Under the pieces are notes generated by a model, which did no database searches, was not told the origin of the DNA, and saw only the letters and a list, made by a program, of their open reading frames with translations. A program made the translations under genes and the position numbers. Shown here piece by piece: positions 1-10,569 of a DNA stretch of 64,000 bases. This stretch comes from Candidatus Aenigmatarchaeota archaeon (lineage in GTDB: Archaea; Aenigmatarchaeota; Aenigmatarchaeia; CG10238-14; SpSt-28): positions 13,943 to 77,942 of the forward strand of contig JAVYPJ010000002.1 in the NCBI GenBank assembly GCA_038733315.1, given 5' to 3'. Numbering within the stretch: the stretch's first letter is position 1; every line of letters starts with the position of its first letter.

Positions 1-1341
1 TTCGGAAATAAAAAACTCGCCCTTAGTTAAAATTTCCCTATAGCCTCTTTCCTCAAAATCTGGATGAAATTTAATTTTTGCAAATTTTGTTGGTGCGTTA
101 ATAACTTTTAATCTTTTTGGATTATCTACAAAAAAATATCTATTTGCATACTTATCTAAGTGTTGTCTATTTATGCTCTCTAGCATTTCTATTTCTATTT
201 TCCCTTCAGTTTTAGAAATTCCAGTTCTTTTTACAAAATCTATTATAGAAGAAGGCAAATATCCTTTTCTTCTAAGAGCGCTTATAGTTAGCAATCTTAT
301 GTCGCTATATCCACTTAGAAATCCTTTTTGAATCAATTCTCTAATTTTTCTTCCAGAAGTTATTTGGTCCTTTATTTCAAACCTTGCTATTTCAATTATT
401 ATAGGATGTTTATTAATTCCTAAAGCCTCTCTAATCCAGTTCTGAAGCTCAGTTCTTAATTCAAATTCTTTTGTTCTAAATCTATGCGTTATTTTTTCCC
501 AATAGTCAAGCATTGCTGTTCCAAAATCATATAATGGCCAAACACAATATTTATTTCCAACAATCGGATGCTCTTTAAATGAAATTCTTAGTAATGAAGG
601 ATCTCTCATTATATAATTTTTGCTATTCATATCGATTTTCGCCCTTATATGTACTTCATTTTCTTTATACTTTCCAGAAATCATTTCTTCAAATATTTTT
701 AAATTTTTTTCTATAGGAAAGTTTCTATGCTCACATTCAATTCCTTTAATTCTATATTCTTTAATTTTTTCTTTCGGACAAAAACAGGCATACGCTTTAT
801 TTCTTAGAATTAAAAGCTTAGCGGCTTCATAGTATTCTTCTAAATGCAAACTTAAAACATCTTCTTCATCCCAATTTATATCTAGCCATTTAAGGTCTTC
901 TCTTATAGAATTATAATATTCTCTTTTTACTTTTTCCGGATTACTATCCTCGAATCTTAGAATGAATTTTCCATCATATTTTTTAGAATAATAATAATTT
1001 AGAAAAGCACTTTTTACATGGCCTAAATGCAAATATTTGCTTGGTTCAGGAGGAAAGGCTGTAATAACTTTACCTTTTTCAGCCATAGGCAATTCAAACT
1101 CTTTTTCTTTCCTTTCTTCTATAACAACATTCAATTCATTTAACATCTTTTCTAAGCTTTCTCTAGGCAATCTATTTATTTCCTCAATTTTTTTATCTAT
1201 GATTTCACTTATTTCACGTATTTTTTCCTTTAACTCCTTATTTTCAGAAATTATTTTTGAGATTACAACATTTTTATTAGCTTTACCATATTTTAATGCG
1301 TTTAAAACTAAATGCTTTAAAACAAGGTTTTCTATATCCAT
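1..1341 (-). CDS. gltX: glutamyl-tRNA synthetase (5' part; runs off window start)
   Basis: Manual minus-strand translation from ATG 1341: MDIENLVLKH...VITAFPPEPSKYLHLGHVKSAFLNY...FILRFEDSNPE (HIGH-type motif, archaeal GluRS). Absent from the ORF track because it is truncated. Confidence 0.93.
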   Translation of the reverse strand, partial: MDIENLVLKHLVLNALKYGKANKNVVISKIISENKELKEKIREISEIIDKKIEEINRLPRESLEKMLNELNVVIEERKEKEFELPMAEKGKVITAFPPEPSKYLHLGHVKSAFLNYYYSKKYDGKFILRFEDSNPEKVKREYYNSIREDLKWLDINWDEEDVLSLHLEEYYEAAKLLILRNKAYACFCPKEKIKEYRIKGIECEHRNFPIEKNLKIFEEMISGKYKENEVHIRAKIDMNSKNYIMRDPSLLRISFKEHPIVGNKYCVWPLYDFGTAMLDYWEKITHRFRTKEFELRTELQNWIREALGINKHPIIIEIARFEIKDQITSGRKIRELIQKGFLSGYSDIRLLTISALRRKGYLPSSIIDFVKRTGISKTEGKIEIEMLESINRQHLDKYANRYFFVDNPKRLKVINAPTKFAKIKFHPDFEERGYREILTKGEFFISE

Positions 1342-1370
1342 AAATATCTAAAAATTAATAATAACTAATT

Positions 1371-1667
1371 ATGGCAATAACTGTAAAGAATGTAATAGAG
1401 TTGTATGACAAGGATGTCTTTACAACAAAAGGGCAATACGCTGGTAGAGTGAAAGATGTAGAAATAGATATAGGTAGAGGTAGAATAAGAGCACTAGCAG
1501 TAGAAGTGGCAAAAGGAAGCTTTTTAGAGGCAATTTTGGGCGGTAGAAAAACTTTAATAGTGCCATATAGTTTAATAAATTCCATAGGTGACATAGTGCT
1601 AATAAAGTACGATTTCAGCGAATTGCAAAAAGAGCAGTCGCAATCTCAAAAAGAAGTTGAGGAATGA
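1371..1667 (+). CDS. PRC-barrel domain protein (CdpB-like)
   Basis: DVFTTKGQYAGRVKDVEID...LIVPYSLINSIGDIVLIK is the typical archaeal stand-alone PRC-barrel pattern. Confidence 0.85.
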   Translation: MAITVKNVIELYDKDVFTTKGQYAGRVKDVEIDIGRGRIRALAVEVAKGSFLEAILGGRKTLIVPYSLINSIGDIVLIKYDFSELQKEQSQSQKEVEE

Positions 1668-1915
1668 AACCAAGGAAAGTTAAGGAGTTAGAATGGCAGC
1701 AGGTTGGAAACATTTACATATTAATAGATAAAAAAGATAACAAAACATTTACTCTTGACGCAATTTCTTTTTTGGTTTGGATGCAGTGCGATGGCGAAAA
1801 AGATATAGAAGATTTAGTTGATTTGTTTTCAATAAACGGAAATAGGGATATAGTAAAAGGAGCGGTTTTAAACATTTTAGAAAATTTAAAGGGCTTAAAT
1901 CTTATTGAATGGTAA
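1664..1915 (+). CDS. PqqD/RRE-like small winged-helix protein
   Basis: FTLDAISFLVWMQCDGEKDIEDLVDLF...LENLKGLNLIE resembles the PqqD family signature; overlaps both neighbours. Confidence 0.7.
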   Translation: MKPRKVKELEWQQVGNIYILIDKKDNKTFTLDAISFLVWMQCDGEKDIEDLVDLFSINGNRDIVKGAVLNILENLKGLNLIEW

Positions 1916-2577
1916 TAGAAAGAGTATCAACTGGAGTACCGGGATTGGATGAATTAATTGAAGGCGGATTTGTTAGAGGTTGCAGCGTTTTAGTTAGTGG
2001 ATATCCTGGTTCTGGAAAAACTCTTTTGGGATTTCATTTTTTATTGGATGGTTTAAAGAAAAACGAAAATGGAATATATTTTTCGCTTGAAGAATCTAAG
2101 GAAGATTTACTTCAAGATGTAGAAAGGTTTGGTTGGAGAGAATTTTTTGAACAGAAAGAGAAAGAGGGTAAATTCTTAATTTGCAACATTTTACCTAGTA
2201 GCATAGAAAAAATCTCTTCAGAAATAATTAGATATGTTAACTTAATACAACCAAAAAGAATAGTAATAGATAGTGTAACTTTAATAGAAAACGCCTGGGA
2301 AAGTTATCAAGATATTGGAAAATTAAGGAGAAGTGTTTATTCCTTAATAAAAGAGCTAAAAAACAAAAAAATAACTGTAATGTTATTGGCTGAGGCAAAG
2401 AAAGATGAAATATCTTTCGAAGAATTTTTGGTAGATGGAGTAATAAAACTCTTTTATTTGGCTCAATCTTTACCAAGAGCTATACAAATAACAAAAATGA
2501 GAAAAACAAAACATACCTTAGATTTAATACCTTTTGAAATAACTGAAAATGGTATTCAAGTAAAGAAAATAATCTAA
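1909..2577 (+). CDS. KaiC/RAD55-family single-domain ATPase
   Basis: RVSTGVPGLDELIEGG, Walker A GYPGSGKT, SLEE, IVIDS Walker B, KMRKTKH motif. Confidence 0.9.
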   Translation: MVIERVSTGVPGLDELIEGGFVRGCSVLVSGYPGSGKTLLGFHFLLDGLKKNENGIYFSLEESKEDLLQDVERFGWREFFEQKEKEGKFLICNILPSSIEKISSEIIRYVNLIQPKRIVIDSVTLIENAWESYQDIGKLRRSVYSLIKELKNKKITVMLLAEAKKDEISFEEFLVDGVIKLFYLAQSLPRAIQITKMRKTKHTLDLIPFEITENGIQVKKII

Positions 2578-3308
2578 ACTTTCTCTATTTCTTCAATCTT
2601 AAGCACTTTTATACCATCTTGTGTTATTCTAAAAGGATGAATTAAAGTTGAATGGTTTGTTCTTCTCATTTTTCTTATAGTTAAAGTTCTTTGAAATTCT
2701 TCGCTAACAGGAACAAAATCTAGTTTAATAACGGCATCTACAAGAAACTCTACTATTCCACTCCCACTTAACTTATTACTTCCTTCTTCGATTGTTCCGG
2801 TTAGAAGTGTAGTTATGTCATAGCTTTTTAATTTATCTATTAACAAACCAAGGCCTACTCTAGCTAAATATACATCTTTTAAAAACTGCTCTATCATACT
2901 TACACTATCTATAACAACCCTTTTTACATCTATTTCTCTTTTTGCGATATCTATTTTTTCTATTAGACTATTTATATATATTTTTATCAGTTTCGAAGGA
3001 TCTATTTCGGTTGGTGAAAGTAAAATAGGTCTAACAGAATATATTTTTATTAATCCTTTTTGAACAGCCTCTTTAAACTTCCAATTTTTAAAGGTAGATT
3101 GGATGTCATTAACAATATCTTCTTCTGTTTCTTCTGTAGTAACGTATATTCCAGTTTCCCCTCTAATAGCACCGGCATATAAAAAACTTCCGCAAAATAA
3201 AGTTTTTCCAGTACCAGTTTTTCCAGTTATTAATATAGTACTTTTTTTGATAAAACCGCCTTCAATTAATTCATCTAATCCAATTATTCCAGATGAAATT
3301 CTCTCCAT
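2574..3308 (-). CDS. KaiC/RAD55-family single-domain ATPase
   Basis: RISSGIIGLDELIEGG, GKTGTGKT, TTEE, VVIDS, VEFLVDAVI, KMRRTNH. Confidence 0.9.
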   Translation of the reverse strand: MERISSGIIGLDELIEGGFIKKSTILITGKTGTGKTLFCGSFLYAGAIRGETGIYVTTEETEEDIVNDIQSTFKNWKFKEAVQKGLIKIYSVRPILLSPTEIDPSKLIKIYINSLIEKIDIAKREIDVKRVVIDSVSMIEQFLKDVYLARVGLGLLIDKLKSYDITTLLTGTIEEGSNKLSGSGIVEFLVDAVIKLDFVPVSEEFQRTLTIRKMRRTNHSTLIHPFRITQDGIKVLKIEEIEKV

Positions 3309-3313
3309 AAAAA

Positions 3314-6300
3314 TTATTGATTTTTCCTAATTAACTTTTTAATAACGTTTGAAACTATTTTAATAAAATATTTTGGATTACTTCTTTCGAGTATTAATCT
3401 ATTTTTTTCTTCGTTTAAAGTTTTTATTTTGCTTTTAACTTCTAATATTTTGTTTTGAGTCTCTGTAATCATTTTCCTAAACATTTCTTCCGAAACCTTT
3501 CTCATAAAGAATTGTTTTTGAATTTCCTTTCTTTGTTTTATAAGAACTTCTTCTTCTACTAAAAGTTTTCTAATCTCCTTAGAAATTTTTATATAAGGAA
3601 TAATTATTTGAGTTATAACATAGGCTGAAACAATTGAAGAAAATATACTTATTAAAATTTCGTTTCTGTGTTTTGCAAAAAGTAGCTGTAGTTTTTTGTT
3701 TTCTACATAATCTTTTATTTTTTCTAAATTGTTCTTAAGAGTAACTATAGCATTTTCAAATTCTCTTACATTATTTTCTTCTATAAGCTTAGGAATAGAT
3801 TCTATAATTTCTTCATTGCTTTTCCATATATTTTTTATTTCTTCGCTTAAAAGTCCGTATCTATCCAATTCATTAATATAACTTCTAAGCATTTCTAATT
3901 GATATTTTACTTTTTCCTTTTCTTGAATTAAGTTACTAAGAGAAACAAAAATTTTAACACTCTTTGATATTATTCCTTTTTCTTCGCTTATATCAAAAAC
4001 GTTTATATCTATTTTTTGTTCTCCGAGGCTTTCGTTTAGTCTTGCAGATATAAAGAAGGTTATTGTTTTTATTTCGTTAACATTTATTTCGAATTCCGAT
4101 TCGCTCGAACTAATTATACAGCAAGTTGAGTTTAATATAATTTTTATTTTTGCAGGCTTTTTTCCAATATTTTTTAAAACCGCAGCAATTATTTTTGTTT
4201 CTCCCTGATGTATTGAAACTTCTTCTGAAGAGAGTAAGAAATCTATTTCTGTTGGAGTACATAATATACTTTCAATACATCTTTCTTCAACGTCACAATT
4301 AGCTGGTTTACAACTTCTTACTTGATATAATTGGTTTAACTTACAGTTACCTTTTCCGCATCCAACATCTTGCCATTGAGTACATTCGCATTGTTTTATT
4401 ATAGGCATTCCACCAGCCCCTATTCCTCCAAATCCAGGAGAAATAGCAGATTCTTGCATAAGTTGCTTAGTACGAAGGATTATATAGCTATAACCTTCAT
4501 TTCCAAAATAGTCTTTAACATAAAAGGAAATGTTAAATACTTGAGCAGGTAAATTAGGTGCATAGCATTGGGAAGTACAATCTTTAAAACTATAGAATTC
4601 ATTAAGAAGTCCACATGCATTATAATAAAAAGAAGAAGAATTGAAAATAGTATAGTTATAATTTTCATTAAAACAAGCAATTTCAGAGTATGCATTTTCA
4701 ATAGTTTTATCTCTTCTTACATTAAAAACTTTTATAGCTGGTAATAATCCAGGACCGGTAATTGGCACTCCTATATCAAAAACATAATTTTGTGGCGGAG
4801 ATAAAATATCTATGTAAAGAATATTCGAAAGAGTAATGTTTATCGATTTTAACCCCTTATTACCATTTTTAGTAGCAGAAACATTTAAATTTATTAATCC
4901 TACATCAAAACTTCTATTATCTAAAAATATTTTAAAATAAGTCGTTTTATTAGAAATGTTGTAATTGCTTTCAATCCATTCAACATTATCTACTATAAAA
5001 CCATTAACGTCTGTAGCAAAAAAACTAATTTCTTCGCCAAAATTATATAAATAGAATTGTGGAGTATAATCGATAAAATAGTGATCAAAAACAGCAAAAC
5101 TCTTTTGTTCAGAGTTATTAAATTGTGACTGATTAAGATCATAAGCATAAATCTTTACATAATAATCTCCAGTTTTATTTATTTGGATTTTATCTTCAGA
5201 AAACTTAAATTCCCAAAGGGTATCTTCTACTCTTTGTAGAGATGCATTTATTGTAGTTTCATCTGGATAGATTATTTCGGCAATAACCTTAGTAACATAA
5301 ATATTATCTGTAACAATAGCTCTTATTATTAAACTATCGTTAACATTAAAAACTGTAGAGTTTTTATCTTTTATAATAAATAGAAAGTCTTCGATGTTTG
5401 GCGGCTCGGTATCATATGGATATATAGTTATCGAAAAATTTATTGATGAATTACTAAAACAAAATTCACAAGTAGAATTTACATAAGTTTGAATTGTAAT
5501 ATTTTCTTCTTCGGTAGGCATAGTAGCATATATTTTCCAAGAAGTAACGTTTTCTTTTTTCCAAAGTATAGATTCAACAAATTTTTCATAATTTTCATCT
5601 TCTGTTATATTTATGAAACTTGTGTTTTCTGAAATAAATGTTAGAGTTAAATTCTTTAAATCTCCCTTATAAGCTTTTACTCTTATAGTATAGTTTTGCG
5701 TTTGCCCAGATAACATTTTATGATGAGTTCCATTTTCAGTATCAACAAAAATTAAAGGGATACCATAGTTAACAAAAAAATTAGAGTTTCCAAATTCTAT
5801 TTCATCTTCAAACTCAGTTATAGCGAAAAACTCAACATTATAGTATCCACTTCTAGTAAAGTTTGTAAAGTTAAAATAAAATTCATAACAATAATCTGTT
5901 CTTGGTTCTACTGCAAAAACCTCTATTTCATATATTACACCAATTCCAGAAATATTAACAATAATTTCTTTTACTTTTATTGGAGTTTCTATATTAATCG
6001 ATACAGTCGTTTTAGAAGAATTTATTTTCAAATTTTCAGCCAATAGGATATGGTTGTTTAAGTGATTAATATAAGAAATGTTTGCATATACATCTTGATC
6101 GCTAGGTCCTTGCCAAGTTATTAATATTTTGTTTATAGTAAATATTCTGTCTACAAAAGAAATGTTTAATCTAGATGGTCTATTATTCAAATTATACCAT
6201 GCAGTATTTAAGTCATTATCTATGGAATTCATAGCTATATCGTTATTATCGCTTGCGTTTGCAATTCCCTTAGGAGCAATGTTTCCAGTTTCTATGGTTA

Positions 6301-9088
6301 TTCCGCATTCATCATATCTTTTTTTATTAAAAGAGGAAAAGCTAATTTCTTCGATAATGTTATCTGGCTTATTAACAATAGCTCGTATATAGAATTGAGA
6401 AGCATTTCCAAAAATAGGAACTATAAAATGTGTATATTCATCTATAAAAGTTATATTCGGATTAAAATATGGTTTTAGGGGTAAAATTACTTCAAAGCTT
6501 TCTGAATAACTTATAGAGCTTCCATTTTGCGGAAATGCTGAAAATGTAATTGTGGTAACTTCTTTACCTTCTTTATATTTCGAAATGGTTTTCCATTTAT
6601 CAATACAATAGGTTCCATTAGGAATAGCCTCTATGGAATTTACATGATTTTCGGATTCATTACTATCTAAATCAATAGCATCGGTATTAGAAATGTAAAT
6701 AGATGTATTAACAAACCATAAATCTCCATCTATTGCACTAATTCCTATGATTGTGTAAAAAGTTTGATTTGGTAATATAAAATAGTATGGATTTATTACA
6801 AAAACATCTGCCCTTCCAAAGCTAACATAGTATTCTTGCGTAGTATTAAATGCAGTTCCATTTTCAGTTTCTACGAATATTATAGATGAATAATTTCCGC
6901 TTCTTGGAGGAACAAAATAAAGAGAGTAATAGTAATAATTATTGTTTGGATCAAACTCTTCTAATTTGAAATCTAATTCAATAGTTTCTCTACTTAGCTT
7001 GCAATTAGAAATATTAAAGAATGTTATAGCTGCATATACTCTTTTTATTTCCGAAGTATTTCCAGTTATATTAGCAAAATATTTTTGCTCATTTCCAAAA
7101 TTTATATTTTCGTTTAGTATATAGCTTCCAAAATTTATTACTTCATATTCTTTTATAGAGAAGTTTCCCTCACCATATAACGGAATAATAGAGGCATTGA
7201 TATTAACATTTCCAAAATTTTCGCTTTTGACTAGAAATTCTATTTCCAAGGGCTTTTCTATCGAAATCGAATATAATTTTTCTTTATACGAATTTTCTAA
7301 TAATTTTATTACACTTTCATTAAGAGATTCTAAGCTTATATTTCCAAACCAAATATCGCCATTTATCGAAGAAATATTAATTTTAATTTTGAAAGTTTGA
7401 TTAAATAATATTTTTTCGAAATTTGGAAAAGTTATGTTAACTATTGCTTCTCCAAAACTTACGTTAAAATATGTAGTATTTTTATAACTACCGAATGGGC
7501 TTTCTGCATCTATTTCAATAGTTACCTCATATTCTCCGCTTCTTTTCGGCTTATATTCTAAATAATAGTTGCAAAAATATGGCTCATAACAAACATTAAA
7601 GTTTAGCTCAATTTCTTCACTGGTATTTATTAACTCATAGTTTTCTATTTTTTTGTACGAAATATTTGCCTTTGCAGATACAATTTTACTTGCATTAGTT
7701 ATATTTACTGAAATTCTTATACTTTCACCATATTTTACATGGGTTTTGTTTAATGTAATTTCTGCCGATAGATTAAAAACCTTTATTATACTTTCCTTAG
7801 AGTTTTCTTCAGAAGCGTAGTAATATAAATACTCTTCATCAGAAATATTACATCTAACTAAGTAATCTCCTTCGTTTTGAAATCCATATGAAATACTAGC
7901 TATTCCGTTTTTGCCAGTATTTACTCTCGCTATTTCTGAATCGTTGATGTAGAACTCAACTGGATATCCTGATATAGGTTCTCCAGTATCCTTAACAACG
8001 ACTTTACAACTTATTAATGCTGTTTGCGATGGATATAAATAAGAATCGTTAATGCTAATTTCTGAGATTTTTGAAAAACCATAAAGATGAAAAGTTTTCT
8101 TAGTTGTTTCATTATACCCATCTAATCTATTAACAGCTTTTATTAATATATCATAAATTCCGGGAGTTTTATAAATTTCGATATTAGATGTGTTAATAGT
8201 AAAATTTACCCAATATTTATAGATTGAAATATTTTGTATACTAAATAAATTTGAATAATCCTTAGAATTAGAATTAAGGATTATTTTGTCTGTTGGTGTA
8301 ATTAGAGTTGCATTAGCATACTTAACCTCTGTAATATCGAATAATGCGCCTGCTTTTATTATGTCTCCTCTTTTAATTTCTATAGGTTCATTTAAAATAT
8401 TTCCATCTGTAAAATCATAGAAATTCCAATTTGAATAAAGCAAATCTAAATAAGTTACATTTATATAGAAATAATCTATTAGAAACAGAACTTGTGTATC
8501 GTTGTGGTCATAACCATACCATTCTGCAGTTAAATTTATTTCAGTCAATTCTAAAATGGAGGTAACGTTATGTAAAAACGATAATTCAACATAAGTAAAA
8601 TTACCTGCATTCCATAAATTGCAAGTAGTATTAGATTTTGGAAAGGAGTTTAATAATCTATTACTTCCTACTAATAGATAACACTTATCACTTTCATTAT
8701 TTCCAAGATGAGTGGTAGAAGAACTGCACACTATTTTAAATGTCTTTCCTTGTATTTGCAACACACATCTTATACCTTTTACACCAACAGTTAAATTTAT
8801 TAGATTAATGTCAGTTCTATTTAATCTCTCAAAACTAACATTTATTAAGCCATATTTTTTAGAAGAATCTGAAGTTATAGACATTCGTTCATAACTCGAA
8901 TCGTCGTTATTTATATTAGCTAGATTACAATTAGTATAAGTTGTATTTACTTTTATACACTTTGAAATATTAACTGGTTTTAAATGAAAGCTTTTTATCT
9001 CTTGGGAAAATGATATATTAAGAAATAAATTTAAAATAAAAAGCGTTATAAGAGTTATAAAAATTGAGTATAATTTGCTGCTTATCAT
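3314..9088 (-). CDS. giant secreted/membrane-anchored surface glycoprotein (Ig-like repeats, discoidin-like domain, Cys-rich module, TM, cytoplasmic coiled coil)
   Basis: N-terminal signal peptide, many N-x-S/T sequons, internal repeats (RSGxY...VSFG), NIAPKGIANASD...IDNDLNTAW, CECTQWQDVGCG...RSCKPANC, single C-proximal TM. Confidence 0.75.
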   Translation of the reverse strand: MISSKLYSIFITLITLFILNLFLNISFSQEIKSFHLKPVNISKCIKVNTTYTNCNLANINNDDSSYERMSITSDSSKKYGLINVSFERLNRTDINLINLTVGVKGIRCVLQIQGKTFKIVCSSSTTHLGNNESDKCYLLVGSNRLLNSFPKSNTTCNLWNAGNFTYVELSFLHNVTSILELTEINLTAEWYGYDHNDTQVLFLIDYFYINVTYLDLLYSNWNFYDFTDGNILNEPIEIKRGDIIKAGALFDITEVKYANATLITPTDKIILNSNSKDYSNLFSIQNISIYKYWVNFTINTSNIEIYKTPGIYDILIKAVNRLDGYNETTKKTFHLYGFSKISEISINDSYLYPSQTALISCKVVVKDTGEPISGYPVEFYINDSEIARVNTGKNGIASISYGFQNEGDYLVRCNISDEEYLYYYASEENSKESIIKVFNLSAEITLNKTHVKYGESIRISVNITNASKIVSAKANISYKKIENYELINTSEEIELNFNVCYEPYFCNYYLEYKPKRSGEYEVTIEIDAESPFGSYKNTTYFNVSFGEAIVNITFPNFEKILFNQTFKIKINISSINGDIWFGNISLESLNESVIKLLENSYKEKLYSISIEKPLEIEFLVKSENFGNVNINASIIPLYGEGNFSIKEYEVINFGSYILNENINFGNEQKYFANITGNTSEIKRVYAAITFFNISNCKLSRETIELDFKLEEFDPNNNYYYYSLYFVPPRSGNYSSIIFVETENGTAFNTTQEYYVSFGRADVFVINPYYFILPNQTFYTIIGISAIDGDLWFVNTSIYISNTDAIDLDSNESENHVNSIEAIPNGTYCIDKWKTISKYKEGKEVTTITFSAFPQNGSSISYSESFEVILPLKPYFNPNITFIDEYTHFIVPIFGNASQFYIRAIVNKPDNIIEEISFSSFNKKRYDECGITIETGNIAPKGIANASDNNDIAMNSIDNDLNTAWYNLNNRPSRLNISFVDRIFTINKILITWQGPSDQDVYANISYINHLNNHILLAENLKINSSKTTVSINIETPIKVKEIIVNISGIGVIYEIEVFAVEPRTDYCYEFYFNFTNFTRSGYYNVEFFAITEFEDEIEFGNSNFFVNYGIPLIFVDTENGTHHKMLSGQTQNYTIRVKAYKGDLKNLTLTFISENTSFINITEDENYEKFVESILWKKENVTSWKIYATMPTEEENITIQTYVNSTCEFCFSNSSINFSITIYPYDTEPPNIEDFLFIIKDKNSTVFNVNDSLIIRAIVTDNIYVTKVIAEIIYPDETTINASLQRVEDTLWEFKFSEDKIQINKTGDYYVKIYAYDLNQSQFNNSEQKSFAVFDHYFIDYTPQFYLYNFGEEISFFATDVNGFIVDNVEWIESNYNISNKTTYFKIFLDNRSFDVGLINLNVSATKNGNKGLKSINITLSNILYIDILSPPQNYVFDIGVPITGPGLLPAIKVFNVRRDKTIENAYSEIACFNENYNYTIFNSSSFYYNACGLLNEFYSFKDCTSQCYAPNLPAQVFNISFYVKDYFGNEGYSYIILRTKQLMQESAISPGFGGIGAGGMPIIKQCECTQWQDVGCGKGNCKLNQLYQVRSCKPANCDVEERCIESILCTPTEIDFLLSSEEVSIHQGETKIIAAVLKNIGKKPAKIKIILNSTCCIISSSESEFEINVNEIKTITFFISARLNESLGEQKIDINVFDISEEKGIISKSVKIFVSLSNLIQEKEKVKYQLEMLRSYINELDRYGLLSEEIKNIWKSNEEIIESIPKLIEENNVREFENAIVTLKNNLEKIKDYVENKKLQLLFAKHRNEILISIFSSIVSAYVITQIIIPYIKISKEIRKLLVEEEVLIKQRKEIQKQFFMRKVSEEMFRKMITETQNKILEVKSKIKTLNEEKNRLILERSNPKYFIKIVSNVIKKLIRKNQ

Positions 9089-9097
9089 AAATAATTA

Positions 9098-9982
9098 ATG
9101 AAAATAGGAGAATTAGAAAAAAAGTTTAACATAAGCATAGAAGAATATTATAAATCCTTAGCTACATATTTTAGAGTAAACACTCTAAAAATAGAAATAG
9201 ATAAGGTTATAAGGGAGTTAGAGAATAGAGGTTATTTATTGGAAAAGCTACCTTTCGCAGATTTTGCATTCAAAGTTTTAAACAAAGATAAAATAATTAC
9301 AAAGGAAATAGAGCATGCGATTGGCTATATTTTTTGTCAAGATGCATCTAGCATGATAGTTCCATTAGTTTTAGAACCAAGTGAAAAGGATTATGTTTTA
9401 GACTTATGTGCAGCGCCTGGGGGGAAAACTACAGAAATAGCACAATTAATGAATAATAAAGGCTTTATTTTAGCTAATGATATAAGAATAGAAAGAATAA
9501 AGGCATTAGCTTCGAACATACAAAGAATGGGAGTATTAAATACTATAATTTCAATCGAAGACGGAAGATTTTTACATAAAAAAATTGAAAATTTTTTTGA
9601 TAAAATTTTATTAGATGTTCCATGTAGCGCTACTGGAACATTTAAAATAGACGCAATAAAGCTTACTAATGAAAAGCTAATAAAAAGTTTGCAGAATTTA
9701 CAAAAATCTTTGCTAAAATCTGCTTATTATATGTTAAAAAAAGGCGGAATAATCGTTTATTCAACATGTTCATTATTAATTGAGGAAAACGAAGCTATTA
9801 TAGATTGGTTTATTAAGAATTTTAACGTAGAGTTAGAAAACATTAAAATCAAAAGCATAAATCTTATAGATGGTTTTACTAAATTCGATAATTATGAATT
9901 TAATAAAGAAATTTCAAAAACAAAGAGAATTTTAAATAAAGGACAAGAAGCTTTTTTCATTGCAAAAATGAGGAAACTATAA
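9098..9982 (+). CDS. NOL1/NOP2/Sun (RsmB/RsmF) RNA m5C methyltransferase
   Basis: QDASSM, VLDLCAAPGGKT, LLDVPCS, VYSTCSL...EENE motifs. Confidence 0.93.
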   Translation: MKIGELEKKFNISIEEYYKSLATYFRVNTLKIEIDKVIRELENRGYLLEKLPFADFAFKVLNKDKIITKEIEHAIGYIFCQDASSMIVPLVLEPSEKDYVLDLCAAPGGKTTEIAQLMNNKGFILANDIRIERIKALASNIQRMGVLNTIISIEDGRFLHKKIENFFDKILLDVPCSATGTFKIDAIKLTNEKLIKSLQNLQKSLLKSAYYMLKKGGIIVYSTCSLLIEENEAIIDWFIKNFNVELENIKIKSINLIDGFTKFDNYEFNKEISKTKRILNKGQEAFFIAKMRKL

Positions 9983-10546
9983 AACTTTCTTAGAGCTATA
10001 GCCTAGGGAAATTGCACTAGCAACCATATGTGCAATTCTTAATGCTTCCGGAATTTTACTGTTTTTTCTGCTAATCTTTATTAATTCTTCTGCTTCTTTT
10101 TCATCTATTCCCTTAAGCTGAACAAAAAAGTTATCTATTTTTTTAATTTCGCCAGCATTTCTTATTATCTTTAATCTTTCCTCCCAATCTAAAAAATACC
10201 TTTTTAAAGCATTTTCTATAGCATTAAAATTTGGATATTCTTTCATTAAAACAATTATAGGTTTTTTAGTTTCTTCGAAGATTTTCTTTACATCTGCAAC
10301 ATTAAAACCAGCAAAAGTTATTCCAGCCAGAAAAACAGCCTTTATTTGCTGATAAAATCTTTTATTTTTTATTATTTTAATAATTTTTTCTGTTGAATCT
10401 AGTCCATCTATTTCAATTCTTTCTATTAAAAATCCTTCTATTATTGAGTTTTGCCTGACCACACAACCAACTAAATAAGAAAATTTTTCATTTCTATTAA
10501 AATGAGAATCGTCAATACCTAAAAGTCTATAACCCTTTTTATCCAT
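9977..10546 (-). CDS. DUF99 family (endonuclease V-like) nuclease
   Basis: LLGIDDS, IDGLDST, GITFAGFNV, KIPEALRIAHMVASA. Confidence 0.85.
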   Translation of the reverse strand: MDKKGYRLLGIDDSHFNRNEKFSYLVGCVVRQNSIIEGFLIERIEIDGLDSTEKIIKIIKNKRFYQQIKAVFLAGITFAGFNVADVKKIFEETKKPIIVLMKEYPNFNAIENALKRYFLDWEERLKIIRNAGEIKKIDNFFVQLKGIDEKEAEELIKISRKNSKIPEALRIAHMVASAISLGYSSKKVL

Positions 10547-10569
10547 ATATATTTATTTCTTATTATTTT

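Noticed and set aside
620-1351. Plus-strand ORFs 620-832 and 1037-1351
   Set aside because: Antisense shadows of gltX.
1664-1915. RiPP/PQQ biosynthesis cluster
   Set aside because: The PqqD-like gene has no neighbouring radical SAM enzyme or precursor peptide.
1909-3308. True circadian KaiABC clock or RadA/RadB
   Set aside because: Single-domain proteins with no KaiA/KaiB nearby; motifs fit archaeal KaiC-like ATPases, not recombinases.
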